This document shows positions 26,681-40,939 of a DNA stretch of 64,000 nt, piece by piece. Position numbers and translations under genes: made by a program. The DNA lies in assembly GCF_009914755.1 (NCBI RefSeq), contig NC_060947.1; one strand, 5' to 3'. Origin of the DNA: the human T2T-CHM13v2.0 reference genome, Homo sapiens. Under the pieces are notes generated by a model. It saw only the letters and a list, made by a program, of their open reading frames with translations, was not told the DNA's origin and ran no database searches. Within the stretch, counting starts at the first letter, position 1. Each line of letters starts with the position of its first letter.

Positions 26681-28013
26681 TTTAATATACTTTAAGTTCT
26701 AGGGTACATGTGCACAACATGCAGGTTTGTTACATATGTATACATGCGCCATGTTGGTGTGCTGCACCCATTAACTAGTCATTTACATTAGGTATATCTC
26801 CTAATGCTATCCCTCCCCCTCCCCCAACCCCACAACAGGCCCCCGTGTGTGATGTTCCCCACCCTGTGTCCAAGTGTTCTCATTGTTCAATTCCCACCTA
26901 TGAGTGAGAACATGCGGTGTTTGGTTTTTTGTCCTTGTGATAGTTTGCTGAGAATGATGGTTTCCAGCTTCATCCATGTCCCTACAAAGGACATGAACTC
27001 ATCATTTTTATGGCTGCATAGTATTCCATGGTGTATATGTGCCACATTTTCTTAATCCAGTCTATCATTGATGGACATTTGGCTTGGTTCCAAGTCTTTG
27101 CTATTGTGAATAGTGCCGCAATAAACATATGTGTGCATGTGTCTTTATAGCAGCATGATTTATAATCCTTTGGGTATATACCCAGTAATGGGATCGCTGG
27201 GTCAAATGGTATTTCTAGTTCTAGATCCCTGAGGAATCGCCACACTGTCTTCCACAATGGTTGTACTAGTTTACAGTCCCACCAACAGTGTAAAAGTGTT
27301 CCTATTTCTCCACATCCTCTCCAGCACCTGTTGTTTCCTGACTTTTTAATGATCGCCATTCTAACTGGTGTGAAATGGTATCTCATTGTGGTTTTGATTT
27401 GCATTTCTCTGATGGCCAGTGATGATGAGCATTTTTTCATGTGTCTTTTGGCTGCATAAATGTCTTCTTTTGAGAAGTGTCTGTTCATATCCTTCACCCA
27501 CTTTTTGATGGGTTTGTCTTTTTCTTGTAAATTTGTTTGAGTTCTTTGTCGATTCTGCATATCAGCCCTTTGTCAGATGAGTAGATTGCAAAATTTTTCT
27601 TCCATTCTGTAGGTTGCCTGTTCACTCTGATGGTAGTTTCTTTTGCTGTGCAGAAGCTCTTTAGTTTAATTAGATCCCATTTGTCAATTTTGGCTTTTGT
27701 TGCCATTGCTCTTGGTGTTTTAGACATGAAGTCCTTGCCCATGCCTATGTCCTGAATGGTATTGCCTAGGTTTTCTTCTAGGGTTTTTATGGTTTTAGGT
27801 CTAACATTTAAGTCTTTAATCCATCTTGAATTAATTTTTGTATAAGGTGTAAGGAAGGGATCCAGTTTGAGCTTTCTCCATATGGCTAGCCAGTTTTCCC
27901 AGCACCATTTATTAAATAGGGACTCCTTTCCCCATTTCTTGTTTTTGTCAGGTTTGTCAAAGATCAGATGGTTGTAGATGTGTGGTACTATTTCTGAGGG
28001 TTCTGTTTTGTTC
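26681..28013 (-). mobile_element. Young L1PA (about PA4-5), 5'-truncated, 1.3 kb
   Basis: ORF2 C-terminal frames 27494-28015 and 26982-27560, L1PA 3' UTR, 17-bp TSD atttcattataattttt (26664-26680 / 28014-28030). Confidence 0.97.
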
Positions 28014-28774
28014 ATTTCATTATAATTTTTATAATTGTTAGTTTTCTATAGTCAATAACCACTGAACATACATCATAAATGACATTGTTGTCTCCCAACT
28101 ATTTAAAACATCCAATGTTGCCAATGCTGTAGAATCATTTCTATTAAATTGAGAAATACTTTTGGTTAACAAATCATGTATAAAAGACATGACTTCACTT
28201 ACTCTGACCACTCAATAAGGTAACATTAAAATGTATCAAAGAAGGAAATGGTGAGTAAAGAAACCATATGTTCCCTTGACAATTATGAAACAGATTGTTC
28301 ATCATTTTTTGGATACTGCAAATACTAAGACTTAACTGATTTCTCTGTGGAAAACTGTCATTGAGGGTTAACTGATAATAAAGATTAAACCTGCTGAGCC
28401 TGATAAGATAAATTTAGCATTTTGAAGTGTTACTATTCCACTTGACTAAAATAATGGATTATAATTTCAAGGCAAATGACCTATAAGGAAATCATGATGC
28501 GGTCTTTATGTTAGATGAATATTACTTGTTATATTTTGATTTGTTTCATCAAAAACACATGAAACTGATGGAAGCAAAATTTTCACTATATGTCTTAATA
28601 TAATTAGTCATTTACTTATCTGAGCTTAAAGCCTATAGATTAATATTTCTGATTTATTTTAAATTTAATAATATTATTATACATTTTCCTAGTTCAATAA
28701 AAAATATATTTTAAATACCATTACTACATAAATAACTTTTTAAAATGTATGATTCTTGAAACTTTTTTCTTGTA

Positions 28775-28932
28775 TTAATTACATCAAAGTAGATTTGAGG
28801 GTACCTATTACAATGCAAATTTCTGGGACCCAGCCTAAACTTGAGTCAAAATCCTTGGGGATTGGGACTATATAACTGATTTTGACAGGACTTTCAGGTA
28901 GTTTACATGCATGCTAAAACATGAGACCGCTG
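28775..28932. mobile_element. MER5-like fragment
   Basis: aatgcaaatttctgggacccagcc...gagtcaaaatccttgggg...atgagaccgctg. Confidence 0.55.
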
Positions 28933-29124
28933 CTTTAGTAATTTTAATTCATACACGTGAGTATCTTGCCTAAAATTTGCAAAGTGAAAGAAATGGATAA
29001 AAGAAGAAATACTGTGTATGTAGCTGCTGTAGATTTGTCAGTTAGCCCAAAATATGAATATAAAATAATGCTCAGAAATATGTTGGCTCTTTCAAAGACA
29101 AAGAAGAAAATGAAATTCAAGAAG

Positions 29125-29312
29125 AAAAAAATTGAGGTAACAGAAGATCAAAAAGCAAAGCATAAGGAATTTAGTCAGAAGCTCCTCAAGTGAAATAAGC
29201 CAGGCACAGAAAGACAAGTACAGAATGTTCTCACTCATATGTGGAAGCTAAAAAAGCTGTTCTCATTGAAATAGAGAGTACAATAGTATTTACCAGAGGC
29301 TGGGAAAGGTAA
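29125..29312 (+). repeat. Donor copy of the 188-bp duplication
   Basis: Identical to 24988-25175; only this copy continues into intact L1MA sequence. Confidence 0.95.
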
Positions 29313-29603
29313 GGGGTAGAAGGATACAGCCAGAAGTTGGCTAACAGACACAAACTTGTAGATAGATAGGAATAATATTTTTAGCATTTTATAGCACTGT
29401 AGGGTGAAAATAATTAACTATAATGAATGTATATGTTCAAAAACTAGAAGAGAGGGTTTTTAATGTTCCCAACACAAGGAAATGATAAATGTGTCAGGTG
29501 ATAGATATCTTAATTACCCTGTTTGATAATTACACATTGCATACATGTATTGAAATATCACACTGTACCACATAAGTGTGTACAATTATCTTGTCAATTA
29601 AAA
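29188..29603 (+). mobile_element. L1MA 3' UTR end
   Basis: aagtgaaataagccaggcacagaaagac...aatgttcccaacacaaggaaatgataaatg...gtcaattaaaa. Confidence 0.9.
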
Positions 29604-30387
29604 GTATACTAAAGGTTAAAAAAGAAATAGCAGGGAAAATGTGTAGGAAAAGACAAGATATTTAAATGGAAAGAAAGAAGATTAAATGATACATTTCTGT
29701 CTTTAAGTATAGAATTTAGCAGTACGGAAATAGCATCTTGAGTGTCAGGGAGCTGAAACACTGAACAAACTTGTAAGCTTGTAAACGAGGTTTCTAGATT
29801 CCTCACATTAGAGATGCTTACAATCAGATGGACACAGATGCGTGTTAGAGAAGATCCTAAGTAGAGAAGTACACTTAGGAGGTTAAGGGTTGAGTTAAAA
29901 AGTTTTACTCTTTCCAGTTGAATTCAAGAGTTCATCATAGTGAACTAGCAACTGGTTGTGATTGCTTCTGTTGTGTGCCCAGTAGGGATTGAAGTTCTGT
30001 GAAGAATGGGAAGGATGTAGTATCCCTGTTCATTAAGATGCTTCATGCAACCTGATAAAGGACATATATAAATAAAACAAATAGAGAACAAGACAAGTCA
30101 GTGAATAATCAGGCCTTGGGTTGTATAGGAGTGGTTGTCACTTTAACTGTAACAGAACTTACCAGATGACATGAGTTGAAAAATATACTGTGGATGTTAG
30201 ACTTTCTTTTAGGGTTGGCTTGATTCAGAGGTCATATGGACAGGAACCCATGTTACATATTCAGCCTGATCAAATTGTATTATCCTGGGCATGCTATTAA
30301 AGTTCTCTGTACTTCACTTTATCTGTAAAATTTCATTAATAACAAGACCAAACTCATTGAGTTTTGCTGTGAATAGTAAATGATATA

Positions 30388-30752
30388 TTTCTTAGTCAGT
30401 TTGGTCTGTTCTAACAGAATACTATAGGCAGAATGGCTTAAAAATAAACATTTATTTCTCACAGTTTTGGAGGCTAGTAAGTCCAAAATCATAGTGTCAG
30501 CAAATCTGGTGTCTGGTAAGGGCACTTTTCCTCATTTACAGATGGTCATTTTCTCATTCATATGATGGAGAATAGAGAGAAGAAACATGCTTTTTCTCAT
30601 CTCTTTTTGTAAAGGGCACCAATGCCTTCACGAGAGTCTCACCCTTATGGCCTAATTACCTCCCAAAGGTCCTATCTCCAAATACCATCACATTAGGGAT
30701 TAAGATTTCAACATATGAATTTTTTGGAGTCACAAACATTCATCCCACAACA
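30388..30752 (-). mobile_element. MLT1A-like LTR
   Basis: tcttagtcagtttgg...atttatttctcacagttttggaggct...gatttcaacatatgaattt...acaaacattca. Confidence 0.85.
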
Positions 30753-33355
30753 ATATTACAATCTCATGATGATTGTCTTAGTAAGCAATAAATAAATGGT
30801 AGTGCATTTCTTTTCTATTCCAATTCAAAACATTTTTTCTAGATATATGTAGGAAAATGATACAGATGGAGTGTTTGAGGGTAAATTATATGGTAATGTT
30901 ACAAGATATTTATTCTCTATATGAATAATCTAGTAAGACATGAGGATAACTTGTAGTTACATATAGATGTATAAAAATAAAAACAGGTAAAATTTGTTGA
31001 TCACTTACTGTGTGCCAGGCACTAAAGTGGGAACTTTATATATGTTTTACTTTTAATAAGCAAAATGGGCTACATAATAAGGGGAGTTGAAATAAATATT
31101 GGGTAATGTCAACATGAGACAAAAGTTGATACTGAACTATGTGAAAAAATAGTACAGTTAGTAAAACAAAAATTTCAATCATTCATTCAGATATAAATAT
31201 TTCAAAGTATCCTTTGAAGAATACATGAATATTTAATATTAATTCAATTTTCTAATATAATTTTACCACATATCTGCAGTTACAAAAGGGGAAAAGTAAC
31301 TAAACTCAAATACCTAGTGGAGGAGTCACAAATGACTAAATGGAAACCATTACCTTATTTAAAAGTCAAGATATTTTTCCCAGTACAGTTTATCTTTGCA
31401 ATCAAGCAACAAGTATCTAATAAGGTTAAAATAATGAGATTCAACCAATTTTTCTAATGAATAAATCACAAAAAACTATGTCAAAATTAGACCTATTCAG
31501 GCAATGGTATCAGTCATTTGTTATTTTTTTCTGAAAGGTCTTAATGAGAGGGTAACTGGTAATTGGACAATTGCTATTGGAATAAGTTGGCAGGCAGTAC
31601 CATTTGGGAGTTACAGACTTATTTCCTAAAGTGGAGACTATTTCATGCATTTTTGTCCTTTACCCTTAAACCTTTCTCTGAGTTAACACTGATGATTACA
31701 GAAATGATTTGTTTCATTGAAGACTTCTCCCAGAGAGGTCAAAAGCTGATCACTCAAATAGCCTTGAGAAACCTTCTAATGTCTCCAGAAGGTCGCTCTG
31801 ACAGAATGGATGACACCAGTGCCATGGTGTCTAGCCAAGGTAAGAACAACTTGCTGTTAACATAATTATTCCATTATAGAAATATCGAATTACAAAAAGT
31901 CACAGTCTCCTGAAGCAGTTATTGCTGGGGCACTTTTATTTCATTTTGAAACTGCCTTAGATATCAATTGGCTCTGACAGTATGATAAAAGCTAGCTTTC
32001 AGGTCATATTCTTAATACCCACTATATTAGATAAGGAAATACATATGTTTTCTTCCAACATGTTCCTAATCATTGGATTCAGTGTATGTGTACAGAAGAA
32101 CATGCTATAAAAGTATCTATCAGTAGTAGCATTTACATTGTCAATTACTCCTTGTTATTTAAAAAAGTCTAGCCACCAAGTACTCTATATAGGAATATAA
32201 ACAATGTCATAAGCCTCTATGAACAATATGTCTCCTTGTTAATAGAAATGAATTAATAGATTTGTGATGCTGTATGTCAGATAAACTTACGACACTAATA
32301 CTATAGCTATTATTTTGTTTATGTTTTTGTTGATGTTAAGGTAATTGTGTTTTGGGTGGAGTTTACGATAGTGCCTGTTTCTTTAAGAAACCATTTTTAC
32401 TCAGGGAGACTGAAAATAATTTACAGAAGAACACATGAAAATTATTTTTAATCATTCTTTCTTGTGGTATTTAAAATCAAAATGTCACCCTTAAAAGTCT
32501 GAATTATTCTTTCAGACAGACAAATAGTTAAATAGTAAGATCTGCCATTTTGCAGTGACTCTCATTAACAGGACCATTAGCATCTAAGAACTTTTCTCTC
32601 TCCTAGACCTGGACAATTTGTTTTTGGTCTGATAATTTTTGTACTGAGATCACTCAATAACTTACCAATAATGACCATCCTGAGGCATCTGGTGTTGGAT
32701 TATCTGATGAGTAAGAAGAATGGAATTGCATATAGACTTGAACCTGGCAGAAGTTATAGCCATTTTATGCCATAGATATTTCTTTGTCTCTCTGATATTT
32801 CTAACATGATTACAGAAGTCAGTCAGTGACAGATGACTTTTTCCATCCAGTGAAAAACACCTTTGTAATATTTTCATGTCCACAGAGGCCACTATAACCG
32901 AAAGAGATATTACAGGGATTATTTCTGGAAATATAAGGTAGCCCAGAGGAATTCTTAAGTGGTATCAACCTCCCTAACGTGACAATCTTAGACAAGCGGA
33001 TATTACAGATATAGAGAAAAATTGTAACAGCAGTAGCAAATTTTAGAGCAAAATAGAAGACCGAGTTCAGAAGTTGAGATTAATTTCTAATTACAACGTG
33101 ATATAAAGACTGGGTCTGTACTATCTATTCATTCACTGGGACTTAATGAGCGTGTTACAGTGTGTATTTTCCTTTTAAAATAGTTGATTTGATTTATAAC
33201 AATGGGGTCATTCAGATCTAGGATGATACATTGGTGTTTGATTATTATAATATATCAAAAAAACTAAGCCTGAGCTTGTGGAACACAGACTGTGTTTCTC
33301 TTTGTACTTATTGATGAATGTTAAACCTTTGAATACTTCACTTTTCTATTGATAT

Positions 33356-33831
33356 TGTGGTAGGCAAAATAATATTCTGTCCAATGGTATCCATGCTCTA
33401 ATCACTTGAATCTATAAATATCTTACCTTACATGGCAAACGGGAATTAAAGTTGCAGATGGAATTCAGATTGCTTTTCCGCTGACCTTAAAATAGGGAGG
33501 TTATCTTTGGTCAGTCCGTGGCCCATTGTAATCACAAGTAGAAGAGGAAGGCAGAAGAAGTGGTCAGAGTGATGCTATGTGAGAAGGACTAGACCTCCCA
33601 TCCATAGCTTTGAAGATGGAGGAAGGAAGCCATGAGTCAAGCAATGTGGATGCTCTCTAGGAGCTGGAAAAATCGAGAATGGATTTTCCCCTACAGCCCC
33701 CACAAAAAAACATAGCCCTGCCAACACCATGATTTTGGCATAGTGAGTTCGTGTCAAACTTCTGACCCACAAAACTTTAATAAATAAATTTGTGATAATT
33801 TAAGGCACTAAGTTTGTGGTAAACTAACACA
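33356..33831 (+). mobile_element. MLT1D-like LTR
   Basis: tgtggtaggcaaaataat...ccttacatggcaaa...ctgaccttaaaatagggaggttatc...aaactaacaca. Confidence 0.88.
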
Positions 33832-34093
33832 GCCATGTTGTGAAAACAACCAAAACCAACTTACATTTCCTTTTCGTTTTAGTTTTTCATTAGTTTAATA
33901 TGCCTTTCAACTACTGCCATAGAGTTGAATATTTTTAGCATTGGTTTTGGTAGAGGTAACTTTCGTTTACTTTTTTAATCTATAGAATATTTGTGAGCTA
34001 AATTACTAAAGCTAAATTGAAAAGAAACTTTGCTTTTGTACTTGTATTTTTCTTGCAAAAACAACTTAAATAAGGTATTTCGACTCTTTAAAT

Positions 34094-34328
34094 AAGGATT
34101 TCTCTACCTGGGCACTACTGACTTTTTGGGCCAAGTTGTTGTGGGAAACTATCCTGTACATTGTATGATATTTATTAGTATCTCTGGCCTCTACTCACTA
34201 GATGTCAGTAGCATCCTCCCTCCTTATGCCTCCTTTCTCCCTTAAACTATGACAACCAAAAACTATCTCCAGACATTGACAAATATCTCTGGGGAGCAAA
34301 ATCTCCCCTCCTCACTGAGAACCACTGC
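34094..34328 (+). mobile_element. MER20 (hAT-Charlie)
   Basis: ctggcctctactcactagatgtcagtagca...gacaaccaaaaactatctccagacattg...tgagaaccactg. Confidence 0.85.
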
Positions 34329-34990
34329 TTAAGGTGAAATAGTTAATATAAGAACAAAATGAGCAGAGCTTTCATAAATTGGTAATGGCTGTTAAACATT
34401 CAGAACTCTTTTAAAACAGTCATCAACATGTCAGTAATTTATATTCCAATTATACTAAAATTGTGATTTTTAAATTTAGAAGTTTTGCAGTACTGCTTAT
34501 ACCTCATACTCTCCAGATAGCAGCAATCAATTCTGAGTGTGAAGTGTGACTTTTTTTTTTTTTTTTTCTCATGGTCATCTAAATGGTTTTGTGTGATTGT
34601 CAGATGGGAATGGCACTAAAGCATTCTAATCAAAGATTCGTGGTGAAAACTGCTGAAATCTGTTTCCCAGCTTACCTCTGGTTATCAGAGGAATACAAAG
34701 AAGTCATTAATTTTACTCTCTCCCACTTTTCCCATCCTAGAATTATATAATATACCTTATTCTTAAAGCTATTATTTTTTACTGACATGTTTTACTGATA
34801 GGGCATTGATTCCTAAGAAATCAATAATGCACAAACATTACTGGAAATCTGGAGTACACTCTGAATAATTGTGGGGTATCAGGGCCTAAGGCTTGATCGG
34901 AAAATACATAAGGAATGCTTATAACATTATCCATCATTAAGATTTTTAAGAAAATCTGTGACTCTAATATTTAATTTTTTACCTGAGTCT

Positions 34991-35310
34991 ATTTTATTTT
35001 ATTTTATTTTATTTATATATTTATTTATTTTGAGACGGAGTCTCACTCTGTCACCCAGGCTGGAGTGCAGTGGTGCAACCTCAGCTCACTGCAACCTCTG
35101 CCTCCCAGGTTCAAGCAATTCTCTCCCTCAGCCTCCTGAGTAGCTGGGATTACAGGTGCCCGCCACCACGCCCGGCTAATTTTTGTATTTTTAGTAGAGG
35201 CGGGGTTTCACCATCTTGGCCAGGCTGGTCTTGAACTCCTGACCTCATGATCCACCCGCCTTGGCCTCCCAAAGTGCTGGGATTACAGGCATGAGCCACC
35301 GCACATGGCC
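34991..35310 (-). mobile_element. AluSg-like
   Basis: Full dimer, (TTTTA)n tail, TSD cctgag(t/a)ctatttt. Confidence 0.96.
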
Positions 35311-35492
35311 TCCTGAGACTATTTTAATAGCACTTATAGAACTCACTCAGTAACTGAATGGTGAATTTGGAATTTGTCTATGTTCTTTAACTCACTTCAC
35401 AGAGGAAACTTGAGCTGATCTGCTCTTTTCCTTAGTCAGAAAAAATAAGGCTGGGCGTGGTAGCTCATTTCTGCAATATTCAATTGGCTACA

Positions 35493-37260
35493 GTGTGTTA
35501 CTGCAAGTCCTCTGAGAAACAGAGAGAACTAGCAGAGGCTGGGAGAACTGACAGTCCATGAGAGCACTGACAGACTATGCTAGTCTTACTATGAGCGAAG
35601 GAAAGAGGGAAAGGTAGGGGGATATCAGGTAGAAGTGTTTAGATTGCAGTGCGGTTCTTAGGGAAGTTTGGTAAGGCAGGTCTCCCAGGAACAGGCCCAC
35701 TTTAGTGTCTCAGTTGAACTCAATCATTGGCTTGGAGAAGCCTGTGAGAAGTATGTCTTTCCCATAAACATCATGATGGATTTCAGAGCACAGTAGATGG
35801 AGCTATTAACAATGCAGCCTATAATAAGAGGTCTACAAGATGTATTCTTGTGGTTTGCACAGTGAACCTTTTACTCCACACAGCTTTACTTCTTCACAAA
35901 ATTTTGAGAAGCAGCTTTCCTACGGTTCTTGTTAACCTCACTTTCTGAGGAGAAACTTAGAACAAGGAGGTTATTGGGACAAACAATAGTGCCCAACTCT
36001 GCAGTTGATATTAGGGACACAATTGGAGCTCATCCCCTCCCTCCTCCGCTGTCCTAAATCCCCCTCACCCTCAGCTATCACTTTGGAAGGTCTTAGTGGT
36101 GGGATCCAAACCTTTGACCTCAAGGATTTTGAACCCTTGATAACAATATTCTTCTTAACCTGCAGTGTTTGCACTTGCCTGTTCTGTTAAAATGGGTCAA
36201 GGATTTGAAAGGAGGTACTGAGTGAGTCACCTGGGTTTCTCATGTTATATCCCTCCTTGTTCCCATTGTACAAAAGCCTTACAGCTTAGATTCAATTACA
36301 CCTGCCAATATAGTAACTCATCTTTTTGCCTGCTGGTCCTTGGGAACGGTAAATGTGCTCTGGTGGCAGCTGCCGTTTGTAGCTCAATGACACATTGAGA
36401 GAATGTCCCCTTAGAGGGGACCAGGATTTCCAACCCTGCAGAATTTAGAGTTTGCTCAATGGGGACAAGAATCAAACGGTCTCCAATTGGGCCATTGGGA
36501 GTGATGGTAAGTTAGGTCACTCCAGATTCTATCCTTTGGTTCTAGAACCCATGTATTTTTCTGTTGGGGACACAGTATCATAGAGGGGTGTCTGATTTAA
36601 TGAATACACTGCATCTTGAAGGATGGCATCCATCCTTTCAAAGTTCTGCCTCTGATTTCATGCTTCATTTACATCTTTAGAAACCCAGTCCATAATTTTA
36701 TGAAGTTACCTAGTTCTGGAAATTATGGTATGTTGATCACACTACTTTACCTCTTTCATTGTGAAGTAGGTTCTCTGGTTAGATGCAATGATATATGAGC
36801 CTAAGCCTATGGATAGGCTGAGGCTCTGTGAGCTGGAAAGGAGTGCCCATACCCAGAATGACTTCTGTTCCTTTGAAGACAACCTGCTGGTCCTTCCAAG
36901 GGGCCTGATGTATTCAACTTGGTTTCCTTCAGGAATAATGCCATATGGGAAGCTCAGTGTTGGTTCCTTTTGCTGACTTGGACATTTAGAGGAGGCATCA
37001 GTAGTTAGATTAGCTTTGGTAAGTGGGAGTTTATGTTGTTGGGTCCATATGCAATTCCTGCCACTGTGGCCTGCATGTTCATGTGCTCATTGTGCCAGTT
37101 CTGGGCTGGCTGATGACATCACCTGAAGTCCTTTTGAGTATTTCGTCATTCAGTGCCTTTCTATGGTGGTTGCTTTCTGGCGAGCATTAATGAGTGATTC
37201 AAAAAAATCTTCATACTCCATATCCTCACATATATGTTCATTTAACTGCCTCTATTAACT
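35493..37260 (-). mobile_element. Old ERVL-class element: 3' LTR (~35493-35861) and internal pol-side remnant (ERV3-16A3-like)
   Basis: LTR16/41-type LTR followed by internal sequence; minus-strand frame KVWIPPLRPSKVIAEGEGDL resembles the class III pol C-terminal region. Confidence 0.65.
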
Positions 37261-37864
37261 AAATTCATGACTTCCTGTGAGTAAATCCTCTTTGGTTGCC
37301 TATATAATGTTGCTAGTTATTATAGTAATTGTGGCCTCATAGCTTCTGGAGATTAAGTCCCAATCCTAGTCCTATGTTTGTTGAAACATGCTGAGTACTT
37401 CTTTAAAAGTGTAAGCCTTCTGGGGAATAATAACATGAAGTATTTGTTAGTCATACACAACTTATTGTGAATTAGTTTCTCTTCCTAGTACCATCTTCAG
37501 AACTCGGTACTGAGAAAAGAAAATCTGATGGTTAGGGTGGGATGAATGGAGGTGGAGAACAGTGTAGGAAAATATAATAATGGAATCTGGACCACCTATT
37601 ATGGAGAGAAGCCTGATAATTTGCTTGCCTCTGGACAATCAGGACATTCAAATAAATAAGCAAAATGGGTACTTGGAAGTGAAGACATCAGTAAGGGAAA
37701 GTGACTAGAAAGTGATGGGGGAAAATATAATAAACTTTACAATTTGGGCCATAGGTTTACCACACTTTTGGGATTTCTATTTTTGACCAATAACTGTAAA
37801 TGATAATTTTTCAATAAGATATTTCCTTGCAGAAAAGGATAAACTATTTCTGGTAATCTCTTTG

Positions 37865-38320
37865 TATATTGGGTTCAAATCTGGTAAAGTGTGAAGAGAC
37901 ATATGGTTAGGTAAATTTCCTGTGTTTCTACTGATTATATGGCCTTGAAGCAAATGATACTCTTGAGTCTCTGTGAGCCCTAGTTTTCACAACTATGAAA
38001 TTGGAACATAAATACCTAACTTGCATAGTTACTATGAGGATTAGAGGAGATAATAAATGCTTATAAAACACCTGGCACATAGGACATGTATTTTAGTGTT
38101 TGACTGTTTGAAGACTGGGTTCAAATCCTGTGTCTGCCATTTAGCTGTGTGACTCTGATAAGTTTTCTAAGCTCTGAGCCTCAGTTTCCTCATCTTTAAA
38201 ATGGAGAAATAAATAATACCTAGATTTAGTATTTGTTTTTGATTGACTGAAATAAGCATCAAAACCTTTAGTGTAATGCCTGACATACAGTACATGCTTA
38301 ATACACATTTATAGTTATTT
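37865..38320 (+). mobile_element. Two adjacent MIRs
   Basis: ctgggttcaaatcctgtgtctgccatttagctgtgtgact...ctgagcctcagtttcctcatctttaaaatgg, plus an upstream weaker copy. Confidence 0.75.
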
Positions 38321-38639
38321 CATGTCTTTAAAAAGTAACTATTATTGGTTTCTGTAACATCATTATAAGGTCATTTTAGGCTACTTCTTGCATCCAATAA
38401 ACTTTAAAATGGTCAAACAAAAATAAACTTGTAAAGTTCAGCAATCTAAGGGTAGAATACAATTAATTTCAGTGGTAGGTACATTCTGAAACTTTTCCTT
38501 AGGAAATAAATTCCTAAATTTATTTTGTAACTACCAGCTTTCATATAATCTTAGTGATGATATTACTTTAATAGGGCACACTATTCTCTATCTAGGTAGA
38601 CACTACAACTGTTAAACAAGAAACATACGTTAGCTCTTT

Positions 38640-38850
38640 AAAATATGAACTGAGTCAGAAAAACCTTGGGTTCGGACCCTAGCTCTATTACTTATTAGTC
38701 ATGCAATCTTTTGCAAGTCACATAGTGTCTCTGAGCTCATTTCATCACTTCAGTAAAAGAAAACAATTATCCTTGCGCTAGCTAAGATTGAATGAAGTAT
38801 TTGTGAAAACACCTTGAGAATGTAAGATAGCGCTTGAATTATTATTAATA
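38640..38850 (+). mobile_element. MIR
   Basis: gagtcagaaaaaccttgggttcggaccctagctctattacttattag...ctctgagctcatttc. Confidence 0.65.
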
Positions 38851-40281
38851 ATGTGCGCAAGCTTGAGGAAAACAGTCAACAAGAAACTATATTTTACATG
38901 TCAATGCAATAAACTATAAATACATTTAGAATCCAAATCTTTCAGGTACTAAAGTACTGAAATTTGAGAATTTCATTTGCCACTATATAAAAAACTCATC
39001 TCTGCCTTCCAAATTCCCCTGAGGAAGAGGCTGCTACAGTGGTGAAATGGCTTTTCTGGCCTTTCTCATTTTTGACTCACATCTAAATACCAAAGACAAA
39101 GTAAAAGGAAAAAAAAAACACATGCAGCTTTTCTGTGGAACTACCATGTGTGAAAAGCACTGGCTGCATTTGATGTGTGCCAAAAGCAAATTTGAACAGT
39201 TGAGGGAAGAATCAAGATTAGGTGCCACTTGGGTGTTTGCCCTATTTTCAGGGTGGCTACACACCAAGTGAGTTTTATTCTCCATTGCCTTGACACCTTT
39301 GAGCTTAAACCAGTCTACCATGAGCTTTTGGCACACCCAAAGTGCCTCTAGGCAGTTTCTTTATGCAACACATTGTGTGTTTTTTTCTTTCTCTTGACAA
39401 TAAACATGATTTCCCAAGTGACACAATTACTATAGCCCAAATGTATAGAAATCATAATATTTCCCCACAGAAACCAGTATCTGTGTGAAATTAAAATGTG
39501 TTACATAGGAGGATCAGTTGTTTAGCCAGACAAATACAGAAACATGTATTTCTTAAAGCAAGTAATATTTGATTCCTGCTGTCAATTTCCTGGATTCTGC
39601 CTATCATTTTGGCTGAGGGTTGGCACTTCAAAACCAAGAGCAAATGAAACCCATCTCTATTCTGCCATTGACGTGCATTGGCAGGTGTCTTTTTGACAGG
39701 TGTCATTCTGCTCTTTCTATATAAAGATATTTCTTGTTCCTTCTGGGCATTTTCCCTCTGGTATTTTTCTCCAGTAACTTCTCGTTTTCTTTTCATGGCC
39801 AATTTTTATGAAAACTATGTTATTTCTGATTGGCTTCTTTCTCTGAGGGAAGAGAAGGGAAAGAATGACCTGTTGGAATAACATTTTTATAACAACATGC
39901 CATCTCTGGGTCGTAGATGGAGTATAGGTGATGGAATTCCTGACGGGACTTGAAGAGAGAGGTATTTTTAGGAATCTAGAAGAGAGAAAGGCCCTGGCCC
40001 CTTTAGCAGTAATTCTTCTTTAGTAAGGAACTGACAGCCAAGTTTTTTGATTGGTGTGGCTTTCTAATGTTGGCTTCCCTGGAGTTTGCTTCTTTAGATT
40101 TGCTTCCTGTGGGGCCAGGCTAAAACATCCCCTTGCCATTTCCAGAATAGCTATGTTGTTCTGCAACAGAAGGTAGGACACGTGTAGGCCACCAATGTGG
40201 TTTCTTAATCCAGGTTCACTGGCACTATGGTAAATAGAAATCTCTCTATGAGTCTGATGGAATTATTGTAATTTTGATTAG

Positions 40282-40598
<317 letters not shown>

Positions 40599-40939
40599 CT
40601 GTAATACATAAGTATTTTAATGGGAAAATCAGAGGGGGCATATCAGGCATTACTCTCTTGCCATTTTAACCTGGCATTAACAACTACTTAAGTGTTACTT
40701 TCCGTTTTTTTATTCAATTGTTTGACTTTTTAGAAATTATAGTGCACATTAATATCTATTCTGTATTTCCCCTGAGATAATGTGTTTTCACTCCTAAATA
40801 GAATTGAGCCTGCCATGTGAGCAGCTACTTACTAGTACACTGCCACCCACAGCAACTTTCACTTGCTTTGGAGATTATCATCACTGCTTGCCGAAGAGTA
40901 AGGACGAAGAAAACTGGGATTTAGGTTCAGTAATCTGGC

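Noticed and set aside
26982-28015. Longest ORFs (192 and 173 aa)
   Set aside because: They are frameshifted L1 ORF2 C-terminus within a 5'-truncated L1PA, not a host gene or an active element.
28218-28229. aaggtaacatta also matches the right junction of the 188-bp insert
   Set aside because: It is only 12 AT-rich bases; a chance match is likely and the gtaaca flank already explains the junction.
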